64,000 nucleotides of DNA from Gemmatimonadales bacterium (GTDB lineage Bacteria; Gemmatimonadota; Gemmatimonadetes; Gemmatimonadales; GWC2-71-9). The notes under the pieces are model-generated. The model saw only the letters and a program-made list of their open reading frames with translations. It ran no database searches and was not told where the DNA came from. A program made the position numbers and the translations under genes. The DNA is taken from assembly GCA_038321865.1 (NCBI GenBank), contig JBBQFH010000005.1, positions 11,237 to 75,236 on the forward strand, in the 5' to 3' direction. This document shows, piece after piece, positions 9,312 to 17,786 of this stretch. Positions within the stretch are counted from its first letter, which is position 1. Every line of letters starts with the position of its first letter.

Positions 9312-10517
9312 GTGATCCCGGCTGACGAAAGGACCGGCATGACCGGGTCAGCACGCAAGTCGGCGAGAACGTTATCCCTGCTGTTCCTCGTCATCACCGT
9401 GCTCCTGCTGCTCCCGCTTCGGCCGGTGCCGGTCATCCCGCGGCATCGGGTGCCGGACGGGACGACCACGATGCTCGTGGCGGCGGGCGCGCAATATCGG
9501 GGGGACCCGTTTCGCGACTTTCTGCTCGGCGGCAGGTACCGGCGGCTCTGGACCCAGCCGATCAGCGTGCCGGTCCTCGACCTCCGCCGGTTCGATGGCG
9601 GCGTTCGGCCCACCATCGAAGGCGGCGGACGGCAGACGCGAACCCTCCACTTCACCTCCGCCGCCGGCCGCCACTTCGTCTTCCGCTCCGTCGACAAGGA
9701 CCTGGCCCACCTGACGCCGCTTGGCTTCAGGCGAAGCCTCCTGGGCAGCATCATCCAGGACCAGGTCAGCGCATCCTTCCCGGCCGCCGCTCTCGTCGCC
9801 GCACCGCTCCAGGCCGCAGCCGGACTTCCCCACCCCGATCCGTCGCTGGCGATCCTGCCGGACGACAGCCTGCTCGGCCTGTTTCGGTCCGGCTACGCCG
9901 GCATGCTCGGCATCATCCAGGAGAATGCCAGCGACATTCGTATCCCCGGACCGATGTCAGCGGTCCCGGGCATGCGCGGCACGATCGAGACCCTCGCGCT
10001 GCTCGCCTCTCCTCGCCAGCGGATCGACGTGCACGCCTTCCTCACGGCACGCCTCTTCGATGTGTTCCTCAACGACTGGGACCGGCACGAGGGCCAGTGG
10101 CGGTGGGCCGGACACCTGGAGGGCGCCGACACCGTATGGCTACCGATCCCGGTGGATCGGGACCAGGCGTTCTCGTCCTATGAGGGACTGGTGGACGACA
10201 TCGCCCGGCTCGGTATCCGGAAGCTGCCGCGGTTCGGCCCCGAGCCCGGCCTGTCCGCCCTCACCGTCAACAGCGCCCGACTCGACCGGAGATTGCTCGG
10301 GGGACTCTCCGGGCATACCTGGGATTCGACGGCAGCGTGGCTGGCGGCCCGGCTCACCGACTCGGTGATCGACGACGCCGTTCATCGCATGCCGGATCCC
10401 TACTGGCGTCTCTCCGGCACGGCGCTCGCCGCCACGCTGAAACAGCGCCGGGATCGATTGCGCAGCGTGGCGAAGCAGTTCTACCTGCTGTTGCCTCGAG
10501 AGGCCGGGGCTGACTAG
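9312..10517 (+). CDS. Exported protein with a putative atypical kinase-like domain
   Basis: N-terminal hydrophobic anchor; GGGRQT, FVFRSVDKD, DWDRHEGQWRW, PIPVDRDQAF; start may be ATG 9339. Confidence 0.65.
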   Translation: MIPADERTGMTGSARKSARTLSLLFLVITVLLLLPLRPVPVIPRHRVPDGTTTMLVAAGAQYRGDPFRDFLLGGRYRRLWTQPISVPVLDLRRFDGGVRPTIEGGGRQTRTLHFTSAAGRHFVFRSVDKDLAHLTPLGFRRSLLGSIIQDQVSASFPAAALVAAPLQAAAGLPHPDPSLAILPDDSLLGLFRSGYAGMLGIIQENASDIRIPGPMSAVPGMRGTIETLALLASPRQRIDVHAFLTARLFDVFLNDWDRHEGQWRWAGHLEGADTVWLPIPVDRDQAFSSYEGLVDDIARLGIRKLPRFGPEPGLSALTVNSARLDRRLLGGLSGHTWDSTAAWLAARLTDSVIDDAVHRMPDPYWRLSGTALAATLKQRRDRLRSVAKQFYLLLPREAGAD

Positions 10518-10549
10518 GGATTGCCCACAACTCACCGACGGGAGCTCAG

Positions 10550-11485
10550 ATGCGTGAAGGATCGTTCGGCCATCTCACCACGGCACTCGCGTGGCTGGCG
10601 CTGTGCGGTGCCTGCGCCCGCCCATCGGCGACGACCCCTGCCGCCCCCTCGGAGGACGGCCGCGTCGCCGTGGCGGAGCTGCTCGCCGCCGACCGGGCCT
10701 ACGCGGCAGCGAGCTCGCGCACCGACCCCGGCGCCGGTCTCGCGCCGATGTTCGCCGACGGGGCGGTGATGCCCGCACCGGGCCATTTCGCCGAGGGGCG
10801 CGCCGCCATCATGGCGCTGCTGGCCGGCGCCCCCGACACCGCCGGCACTCGTATTGACTGGACGCCCGTGCGCGGGGGCATCTCCGCCGACGGGCAGCAG
10901 GGCTTCACGCTGGGCTACGCGACCGCGCGCCGCACCGACGGAACGTCGGCCCCGTTCAAGTATCTCGCCTACTGGGTGAAGTCGTCCGGTGGATGGCACA
11001 TCGTGGCGTATCGACGCGGGCGCCGGCCCGGCGGAGACACCCCGGTCGCGCCGATGGCGCCGTCGGTGCCGCTCCGCATGGTGCGCCCGACGGCCGACTC
11101 CGCCCTGGTGCGCGCCTTCCGCTCCAGCCTGGACAGCGCCGAGCGGGCGTTCTCCCGCGATGCGCAGACGATGGGCCTGGGACCCGCGTTCGCCCGCTAC
11201 GGCCGGCCGGACGCAGTGAACATGGGCGGCGCCCGCCGCGATGCCTTCGTCGTCGGTGCCGACTCGATCGCGGCCGTCGTCTCGGCCGGCGATCCCCCGG
11301 GCGGCAGCCGCGTGTCGTGGGCCCCCGACCGTGTCATCGTCGCGTCGAGCGGCGACCTCGGCGTCACCATCGGCATGATCCGGGTCAATCAGCCGGACTC
11401 GGCCGGCGTCCGTGCCGCATTTCCGTTCTTCACCGTCTGGCGGCGGGACGGTGTCGGGCAGCCGTGGCGCTACATCGCCGAGTGA
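10550..11485 (+). CDS. Tandem NTF2/DUF4440-like lipoprotein
   Basis: Lipobox-like CGAC; two repeats (LLAADRAYA...WTP..GGISADG..GFT and LDSAERAFS...WAP....ASSGDLGVT). Confidence 0.7.
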   Translation: MREGSFGHLTTALAWLALCGACARPSATTPAAPSEDGRVAVAELLAADRAYAAASSRTDPGAGLAPMFADGAVMPAPGHFAEGRAAIMALLAGAPDTAGTRIDWTPVRGGISADGQQGFTLGYATARRTDGTSAPFKYLAYWVKSSGGWHIVAYRRGRRPGGDTPVAPMAPSVPLRMVRPTADSALVRAFRSSLDSAERAFSRDAQTMGLGPAFARYGRPDAVNMGGARRDAFVVGADSIAAVVSAGDPPGGSRVSWAPDRVIVASSGDLGVTIGMIRVNQPDSAGVRAAFPFFTVWRRDGVGQPWRYIAE

Positions 11486-11529
11486 ATCCGGTTACTCGAT
11501 GAGCTTCGAATCCGAGCCGGCGCTGAGCG

Positions 11530-13623
11530 CTACCCCAGCATCACTCTCGCGTCCGCCGCCACGGCTCCCGACGGCATCGCGATCAGCGGATTGATGTCGA
11601 GCTCGGCGATCTCCGGGAAGTCCCTCACCAGCTTCCCCACGCGAAGCAGCACGTTCTCCACGGCGATCCGGTCGGCCGCGGCCGTGCCGCGCACCGCATC
11701 GAGCAGCGAGGCGGCGCGGATCTCCCCCATCATCCGCTTCGCGTCGTCTCGGCCGAACGGCGCAATCCGGAAGGTCACGTCGCGCAGCACCTCCACCAGC
11801 ACGCCGCCGAGCCCGTACATCACCAGCGGGCCGAACAGCGGGTCGCGCGTCATCCCCACGATCAGCTCGCGGCCGGTCTGCACCATCGGCTGCACCAGTA
11901 CGCCCGAGATGAGCGCATCGGGACGGGCGGTGCGCGCTCCCTCGACGATCCGGTAGTATGCGCGCCGCACCTCCTCAGCGTCGGCCAGGTTGACGTGGAC
12001 GCCGCCGACGTCCGACTTATGGAGGATGGCCGGCGCCACGATCTTGAGCACCACCGGATAGCCCATCCGCGACGCGATCTCCGCCGCCTGGTCGGCGCAG
12101 ACCGCGAGCTCCCCGCGCGCCACCGGAATCCCGTAGGCCTCCAGCAGCTCGAGTGCCTCCGCCTCCGCGAGCCGGGTGTGGCCGGCGGCCCGCGCAGCGG
12201 CGATCAGGCGCCGCGCCACCGCGTCGTTGACCGCCAACAGCTCCGGCACCGCCGCTGGGCGGTCACGCCACTCGCGCCAGCGGCACATCGCCGCCAGCGC
12301 CCGCGCGGCCGACTCGGGAAAGATGTAGGCCGGCACCTTCGCCGCATGCAGCGTCGCCTTCCCCTGGGGCAGTCCCTTGTGTCCCATCAGCACGCCGAAC
12401 ACCGTCTTCTCCGGATGCGCTTCCGCCACCGACGCGATGGCGAGGCTCACGTCTTCCTGGGTGACGCCGAGCGGCGGGACGAAGATCGCGAGGGCACCGT
12501 CCACGTTCGGGTCGTCGAGCAGCGTACCGAGGGCGGCTCGGTAGCCCTTTGGCGTGGCGGACGCGATCATGTCGAGCGGATTCCGGATGGACGCCTCCGC
12601 CGGGAAGAGCGGCGCCAGGCGGGCCACCGTCTCCGGCACGAGCTCGGGCAGCTCGAGCCCGTACGCCTCGCAGGCATCGGCCGCGAGGATGCCGGGGCCG
12701 CCGGCATTAGTGACGACCGCGATCCGGCGCGAGGCCGGCGGCCGCTGCACCGAGAACGCCATCGCCAGGTCGAACAGCTCCTCCATGGTGCCGGCGCGAA
12801 GGACGCCGGCCTGCGCCAGCAGCGCGTCTACCGCTACGTCGCTCGCCGCGAGGGCGCCGGTGTGCGACGACGCTGCGCGGGCGCCGGCCCGCGAGCGGCC
12901 CGACTTGACCACGATGATCGGCTTCCGCCTGGTGATGCGCGAGGCGATCTCGAGGAAGGTCGCGGGGTTGCCGAAGTTCTCGACGTACATGAGGATTGTC
13001 TCGACGTCGGGATCGTCCTCCCAGGCGAGCAGGAGGTCGTTGCCGCTCACGTCCGGCTTGTTGCCGATGGAGACGAACTGCGAGATCCCGATCCCGTACT
13101 CCCGCGCGTAGTCCAGCACCGACAGCCCCATCGCACCCGACTGCGACACAAAGCCCACCTTGCCGTAGGGCGGCAGGTGCGGCGCGAAGGTGCCGTTCAT
13201 CGAGATGACCGGATTGGCGTTCAGGACGCCCATGCAGTTGGGCCCGAGCATCCGCATCCCGTGCGCGCGGACGAACGCGGTGAGCCTCCTTTCCCGTTCA
13301 GCGCCCTCAGCGCTCACCTCACGGAAGCCGGCCGAGATGACGACGAGACCCTTGACGCCCTTGCGGGCGCAGGCCTCGACGACCTCCTGCACCAGGTCGC
13401 GGGGCACCACGATGATCGCCTGGTCGATCGGGGCGGGAATGGACTCGATGTCGGGATAGGCGGGGATCGAGCAGATGGCGGATGCCTTCGGGTTGACCGG
13501 ATAGACACCGCCGGTGAACCCGCAGCGCACCAGGCTCGCCACGATCTCGTGGCCGATGGTGCCCGCGGTGCGGGAAGCGCCAATCACGGCGATGCTCGCG
13601 GGGGCGAGTATGGCGTTCAGCAT
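11530..13623 (-). CDS. ADP-forming acyl/acetate-CoA ligase (fused alpha-beta, ATP-grasp)
   Basis: SIAVIGAS, LGPNCMG, SQSGA, ASSHTGALA (phospho-His), NPLDM, HKSDVGGV, ELDINPL. Confidence 0.9.
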   Translation of the reverse strand: MLNAILAPASIAVIGASRTAGTIGHEIVASLVRCGFTGGVYPVNPKASAICSIPAYPDIESIPAPIDQAIIVVPRDLVQEVVEACARKGVKGLVVISAGFREVSAEGAERERRLTAFVRAHGMRMLGPNCMGVLNANPVISMNGTFAPHLPPYGKVGFVSQSGAMGLSVLDYAREYGIGISQFVSIGNKPDVSGNDLLLAWEDDPDVETILMYVENFGNPATFLEIASRITRRKPIIVVKSGRSRAGARAASSHTGALAASDVAVDALLAQAGVLRAGTMEELFDLAMAFSVQRPPASRRIAVVTNAGGPGILAADACEAYGLELPELVPETVARLAPLFPAEASIRNPLDMIASATPKGYRAALGTLLDDPNVDGALAIFVPPLGVTQEDVSLAIASVAEAHPEKTVFGVLMGHKGLPQGKATLHAAKVPAYIFPESAARALAAMCRWREWRDRPAAVPELLAVNDAVARRLIAAARAAGHTRLAEAEALELLEAYGIPVARGELAVCADQAAEIASRMGYPVVLKIVAPAILHKSDVGGVHVNLADAEEVRRAYYRIVEGARTARPDALISGVLVQPMVQTGRELIVGMTRDPLFGPLVMYGLGGVLVEVLRDVTFRIAPFGRDDAKRMMGEIRAASLLDAVRGTAAADRIAVENVLLRVGKLVRDFPEIAELDINPLIAMPSGAVAADARVMLG

Positions 13624-13702
13624 GGGTGTACCCTCGAAGCCGTTGCCTGCAACGGTGGCCGCGAGGGGGTGAAACCGGAGGGAAGTGAGTGTGATGAAGC
13701 CT

Positions 13703-14188
13703 TCATGCGCGGCCGACGTCGGCCGCCCGCGCCACCCGGCTGATCGTCGCGCGCGCACTGCGCTGAACCCAGCTGCCGCCGACGAGCGTGATCAGCACCG
13801 TCGGCACCGCGACCCCGGGAAGGAAGGAAGCGCCGGGGATCCGGACCCCCGCTTCCGCGCCGGCCGCCGCGCACAGTCCGACGTACGACCACCCCATGAA
13901 GTAGTAGTGATAGCGAATCCAGGTATTCCTGGGCCGCCGGAGAAATGCGGAACTGAATCCCGTGAGCAGCACCGTCAGGTTCACGACCGCGAGCGCATGG
14001 AACACGCCGAACGTGCCGTCGCCGCGATAGATCGTCAGGGCGGTCACATTGACGCTGAACGAGCTCAGGACGTACAGCATGCCCACGGCCCGGTGCGCTT
14101 CGGTTCCCTTCGGGCGGCTCAGTACCCAGCCGCCGAGGACAAGCGCTGCCAGCGCGAACGCGGCATGGGCCACTCCGTCTGCCTGCAT
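13703..14188 (-). CDS. DUF2306-like membrane protein
   Basis: KGTEAHR.VG..YV, FGVFH.L, HY..MGWSY.GL. Confidence 0.75.
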   Translation of the reverse strand: MQADGVAHAAFALAALVLGGWVLSRPKGTEAHRAVGMLYVLSSFSVNVTALTIYRGDGTFGVFHALAVVNLTVLLTGFSSAFLRRPRNTWIRYHYYFMGWSYVGLCAAAGAEAGVRIPGASFLPGVAVPTVLITLVGGSWVQRSARATISRVARAADVGRA

Positions 14189-14268
14189 TCGTCTCGCCTC
14201 GATCTTCTGTCTGCGTGGGGTTCACGACCCTGCATCATACTGCAGCCACTTCAAAGTCGCGCTGCCCG

Positions 14269-14499
14269 CCGGCAACTTCGTCCGTCGGTGCTGCAGCTTC
14301 GTCCCTTGGCGCTGCAGCTTCGTCCCTCGGTGCTGCAGTTTCGTCCGGTAGCGCTGCAGTTTCGTCCCGCGGTGCTGCAACTGCGTCCGTCGGTCCTGCA
14401 GCTTCGTCCCGCGGTGTCGTAGCTTCGTCCCGCGGTATCGCAGCTGCGCCCGTGGCTGCTGCAGTCAGGCGCCGCAGCGCCACAGATTCGTCCGTCAGC
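14269..14499. repeat. Tandem array of about 11 degenerate 21-bp units, consensus GCTGCAGCTTCGTCCCGCGGT
   Basis: Units start in phase at 14269, 14290, 14311, 14332, 14353, 14374, 14395, 14416, 14437, 14458 and 14479; no spacers. Confidence 0.9.
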
Positions 14500-14841
14500 G
14501 TCAATCGAAGCTTCGACGCGGCGTTTGCGCGGCGCCGCAGCATGTTCAGTCGGCTCCGCGGTTCGGTGCGGCCATGCCGCTCTGCATTTCGGCGGCCCGG
14601 CTGGGCATTCGGGCCGTGCCGGCGGAGATTTTACAGGCGCCGCCCGGCATTTGCGGGCCGTCGGCAGGTGTTTCGGGAACGCCGTGCCACCGTGCGAGCG
14701 CGCTTGACCGCCCCAGCGGCGAGCCGTAACGTCGAACGATGATCCCTGCCGGTCGCAACGTCATTCCGCCCGGTTTTCTGGTCTTCCCGTCTGCCTCGGC
14801 GGAGGTGGAGAGGTTGAAGTGTTTCAGGAAGGAGATTGACC

Positions 14842-15402
14842 GTGGATAGCGCGTCACCGAGGACCCACGAGTGCGTCGTCCGCGGCTTCGCGACGACCGT
14901 GATCAACACCCGCACCGACATCGACACCGCCGACGTCATCGCCCGCCTGGACGGGGCGCTGGCGCTGATCGAGCAGTACGTCCCGCACCACTACCGCCGC
15001 TTCTGCCGCGACTTCAGCGGCTTTCTGGTCGAGCGGCGCGCCTACCGCGGCGCCTTCCTGGTGCAGAGCCGCGCCTGCATGGTCGAGCTCACCTTCGTGG
15101 TGAACCGCTCGTTCACGCTGGCGCAGGTGGCGGCGACGATCCTGCACGAGGCGATGCACGCCCGCCTCTATGCCTGCGGAGTGGCCACCGGCGCCGGAGA
15201 GTCCCACCGCCAGGAGCGGTTCTGCCGGCGGGCCGAGATCGAGTTCGGCAGGCTGGTGCCCGGCGGGGAGCCGGTGGTGCGGCGCGCGCTCGACGCGCTC
15301 GCGCTGTCGGATGAGGATGTGGCGCCGGTGGTCGACAACGCCCTCGCCGCCCGGCGCATCGCCGAAGTCGACTCCCGGGCGGGACCGCGCGCAAGCCACT
15401 AG
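14842..15402 (+). CDS. Hypothetical protein with HExxH motif
   Basis: AGGAG RBS before GTG 14842; ILHEAMHARL followed by E.FC...E. Confidence 0.7.
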   Translation: MDSASPRTHECVVRGFATTVINTRTDIDTADVIARLDGALALIEQYVPHHYRRFCRDFSGFLVERRAYRGAFLVQSRACMVELTFVVNRSFTLAQVAATILHEAMHARLYACGVATGAGESHRQERFCRRAEIEFGRLVPGGEPVVRRALDALALSDEDVAPVVDNALAARRIAEVDSRAGPRASH

Positions 15403-15470
15403 CGCCCCTGCAGCCCGGAGTGCACCTTGCCCTCGTCCCTCCGAAGCCTTCTCCCACCTTGGATGTGACC

Positions 15471-16094
15471 ATGCCACAGATGCCGAGGCGGCCCCGTGTG
15501 CAGCGGTTCATGCGCGCCGTGGTGGCGCTGGCGATGACGACGGTGGCCGCCGGTGCGGCGGACGCGCAGGCCGGGCCGGGAAACGAACAGGCACTGCCGG
15601 CAAATCTCGTCGCCACGCGGGCGGCGCTCGAGAAGTACCAGGATCCGGTCGCCGCGGTGCGCGATGGTTACCTCTCGACGCTGGGCTGCGTTGATTATCC
15701 AAAGGGCGGCGGCATGGGCGAAATGGCCTACAAGCCGGGCGGAATGGGCGTGCACTTCATCAATACCGCGCTCGTTGGTCCGACACTCGACTCACTGAAG
15801 CCGCAAGTGCTGATCTACGAGCCGGTCGGCGATCGCCTTCGGCTTGTTGCGGCCGAGTGGTTTGTCCCGGCCGCACTCGCGAAGGACGCACCCGTGATCT
15901 TCGGCACCAGGCTGGGCGGCCCGATGGAGGGCCACGCTCCTGTCATGCCGGCTGAGCTGCACCACTGGGATCTGCACGTGTGGCTGTGGAAAGCCAATCC
16001 GAACGGCTTGATGGACCCGACGAATTCAACCATAAAGTGTCCCGAGAACCCGTACACTTTTCATGAACGGGCCGTCCGCATGGTGGCGCCTTAG
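15471..16094 (+). CDS. Hypothetical secreted His-rich protein
   Basis: Signal peptide ending ADA-Q; GGMGVHF, P.VLIYEP, LVAAEW, HHWDLHVWLW..NP.G; start approximate. Confidence 0.75.
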   Translation: MPQMPRRPRVQRFMRAVVALAMTTVAAGAADAQAGPGNEQALPANLVATRAALEKYQDPVAAVRDGYLSTLGCVDYPKGGGMGEMAYKPGGMGVHFINTALVGPTLDSLKPQVLIYEPVGDRLRLVAAEWFVPAALAKDAPVIFGTRLGGPMEGHAPVMPAELHHWDLHVWLWKANPNGLMDPTNSTIKCPENPYTFHERAVRMVAP

Positions 16095-16137
16095 CGGCAG
16101 GTCGCCGAAGCCGACTCCCGTCCGTGGGACGCGAAAC

Positions 16138-16503
16138 ATGACCGTCAAGCCCGCAGTCTGGCATCCGATCAGCATCGCGCTCAGCGCCATCAACCTCGTG
16201 GGGCTCGGCCTCGCGGCCGGCGCGACCGAGCCGCTGCACGCCGGTGTCCACGCGGTACTGGCGCTGGCCTTCGGCGCCGGGGCGTGGCGCCTGCGGCGCG
16301 GACCCGGTGGTCTCGACGAGCTGGCCGGCCTGAACGCGGTCGACGCCGAGATCGAGAGCCTCCGGCAGGAGCTGATCGAGACCCAGGAGCGCCTCGACTT
16401 CGCGGAACGGGTCCTGGCGCAGCGGGTGGAGGTTCCGCGCGTGGAGACGAGCGACGCGTATCCGCCGGGCGCCCTGCAACCACCAGCGAAGGACCCCCCA
16501 TGA
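16138..16503 (+). CDS. Small membrane protein with C-terminal coiled coil
   Basis: Two hydrophobic segments, then EIESLRQELIETQERLDFAERVLAQ. Confidence 0.75.
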   Translation: MTVKPAVWHPISIALSAINLVGLGLAAGATEPLHAGVHAVLALAFGAGAWRLRRGPGGLDELAGLNAVDAEIESLRQELIETQERLDFAERVLAQRVEVPRVETSDAYPPGALQPPAKDPP

Positions 16504-17108
16504 TTCGCCGCCTGCCTCTGATACTCGCACTCGCCGTCGTCACCGCACCGCTGACGGCACAAACGCCGGCATCCGTGCCGCGTGCGATCCAGCTGCCTGA
16601 CACGATGGGCGCGAACTTCCCGGCCGCGGACACGCTCACCGCAACGAGCGGAGCCGCCGACTACGATTTCCTCGTCGGCACCTGGCGCTTCACCTTTCAG
16701 GCGCGGAGCCGTGATGGTGCCTTCACCCCTCCCTTCACTGGGCACTGGGTCTTCACGAAGAAGCAGACCGGCGGCCAGGGCGTGCTGCTGGAAGACCACT
16801 GGCGGCCGGACGACCCGAGCTCGACCTGGGAAGCCGGCACCTGGACCTATCGCGCCTGGAATCCCGCGCGCAGGCTCTGGGAGATGGAGGGGATCAACAC
16901 CGCGCGCGGCGCGTGGCAGCCGGGGCTCATGTGGACCGCCGGCGACAGCAGGCTGCTCATCGAATGGTATGGACCGATGCTGGTCCGGTTTCGCTACTTC
17001 GCCATCCAGCCGGAGAGGTTTCTCTGGCGCGCCGACGCGACATTCGATCGCGGCAAGACGTGGATCAGGGATTACTGGACGATGGAGGCGCAGCGGGTGT
17101 CGCGATGA
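16500..17108 (+). CDS. Secreted Trp-rich protein (DUF1579-like)
   Basis: Signal peptide; DYDFLVGTW...SFD-like ATFDRGKTW..YW.M; ATGA overlap. Confidence 0.7.
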   Translation: MIRRLPLILALAVVTAPLTAQTPASVPRAIQLPDTMGANFPAADTLTATSGAADYDFLVGTWRFTFQARSRDGAFTPPFTGHWVFTKKQTGGQGVLLEDHWRPDDPSSTWEAGTWTYRAWNPARRLWEMEGINTARGAWQPGLMWTAGDSRLLIEWYGPMLVRFRYFAIQPERFLWRADATFDRGKTWIRDYWTMEAQRVSR

Positions 17109-17137
17109 CGCGCCCGGAGCAGTAGGCGAATCGGTGC

Positions 17138-17178
17138 TTGACGCGGCGCCATTCGCCATGATACTTTGTGATGCAAAG
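17138..17178 (+). promoter_or_regulatory. Putative sigma70 promoter with overlapping palindrome
   Basis: TTGACG (17138) N18 TACTTT (17162); inverted repeat CTTTG-N5-CAAAG at 17164-17178. Confidence 0.45.
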
Positions 17179-17216
17179 CACTTCGCTTTGACACCCCACG
17201 GGGACCGGGCGCCATA

Positions 17217-17783
17217 ATGACCGACGACAGAAGCCGAACACTGCGGGCCGTGCTCCGGACCGCGGCGCTCTGGAGCGTGGCCTGGGGGATTGCCGGCGGC
17301 GCGATCGTGGCCACCTTGAGCCTTTTCGATCCCGGTCCGGGGGTCGAGTCACTGTCGGAGCGCCTGGGACTGGCCGTGCTGGCCGGTGTCTCCTGGGGTG
17401 TGCGGTTCGCCATCGCCGGGGCCGTGATCGGAACCGTTTTCTCCACGGTCATCCGATTCGGCTACCGGGGCCGGCGGCTGGCGGACATCAAGCCCGTGCG
17501 CTTCGCGCTCCTGGGAGCGGTCGTCGGCGGCGTCGGCGTCCCCCTTTTCCTCCAGGCGATGAACGTGCTGGCGGACGGCAGGCCGATCGCCTGGGGCCTC
17601 GTCACCGACGATAGCGTTTGGGCGTCGGTGTTCGGCGCGGTCGTCGCCGCCGGATCGATCATGCTGGCGCGCCGGGCAGATGCGCTGCATCCCGTACCGC
17701 ATCACGAGGCACTCGAACACGGCGACGACCTGAGCGCCACGTCGGCCGCCACCCGATCGAAGTCGTCGATCGAGCAGCGCTGA
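17217..17783 (+). CDS. Hypothetical membrane protein
   Basis: About four Gly-rich hydrophobic helices. Confidence 0.7.
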   Translation: MTDDRSRTLRAVLRTAALWSVAWGIAGGAIVATLSLFDPGPGVESLSERLGLAVLAGVSWGVRFAIAGAVIGTVFSTVIRFGYRGRRLADIKPVRFALLGAVVGGVGVPLFLQAMNVLADGRPIAWGLVTDDSVWASVFGAVVAAGSIMLARRADALHPVPHHEALEHGDDLSATSAATRSKSSIEQR

Positions 17784-17786
17784 CCG

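Noticed and set aside
11495-11530. TTCGAATCC resembling a tRNA T-loop
   Set aside because: The intergenic gap is only about 45 bp and no cloverleaf can be formed
14269-14499. Possible CRISPR array
   Set aside because: Units are contiguous 21-mers with no unique spacers, and no cas genes are in the window
14235-14543. Repeat-encoded ORFs 14235..14543 (-), 14215..14742 (+) and 13685..14422 (+)
   Set aside because: Open frames follow from the GC-rich repeat; no clear RBS or family motif favours any one
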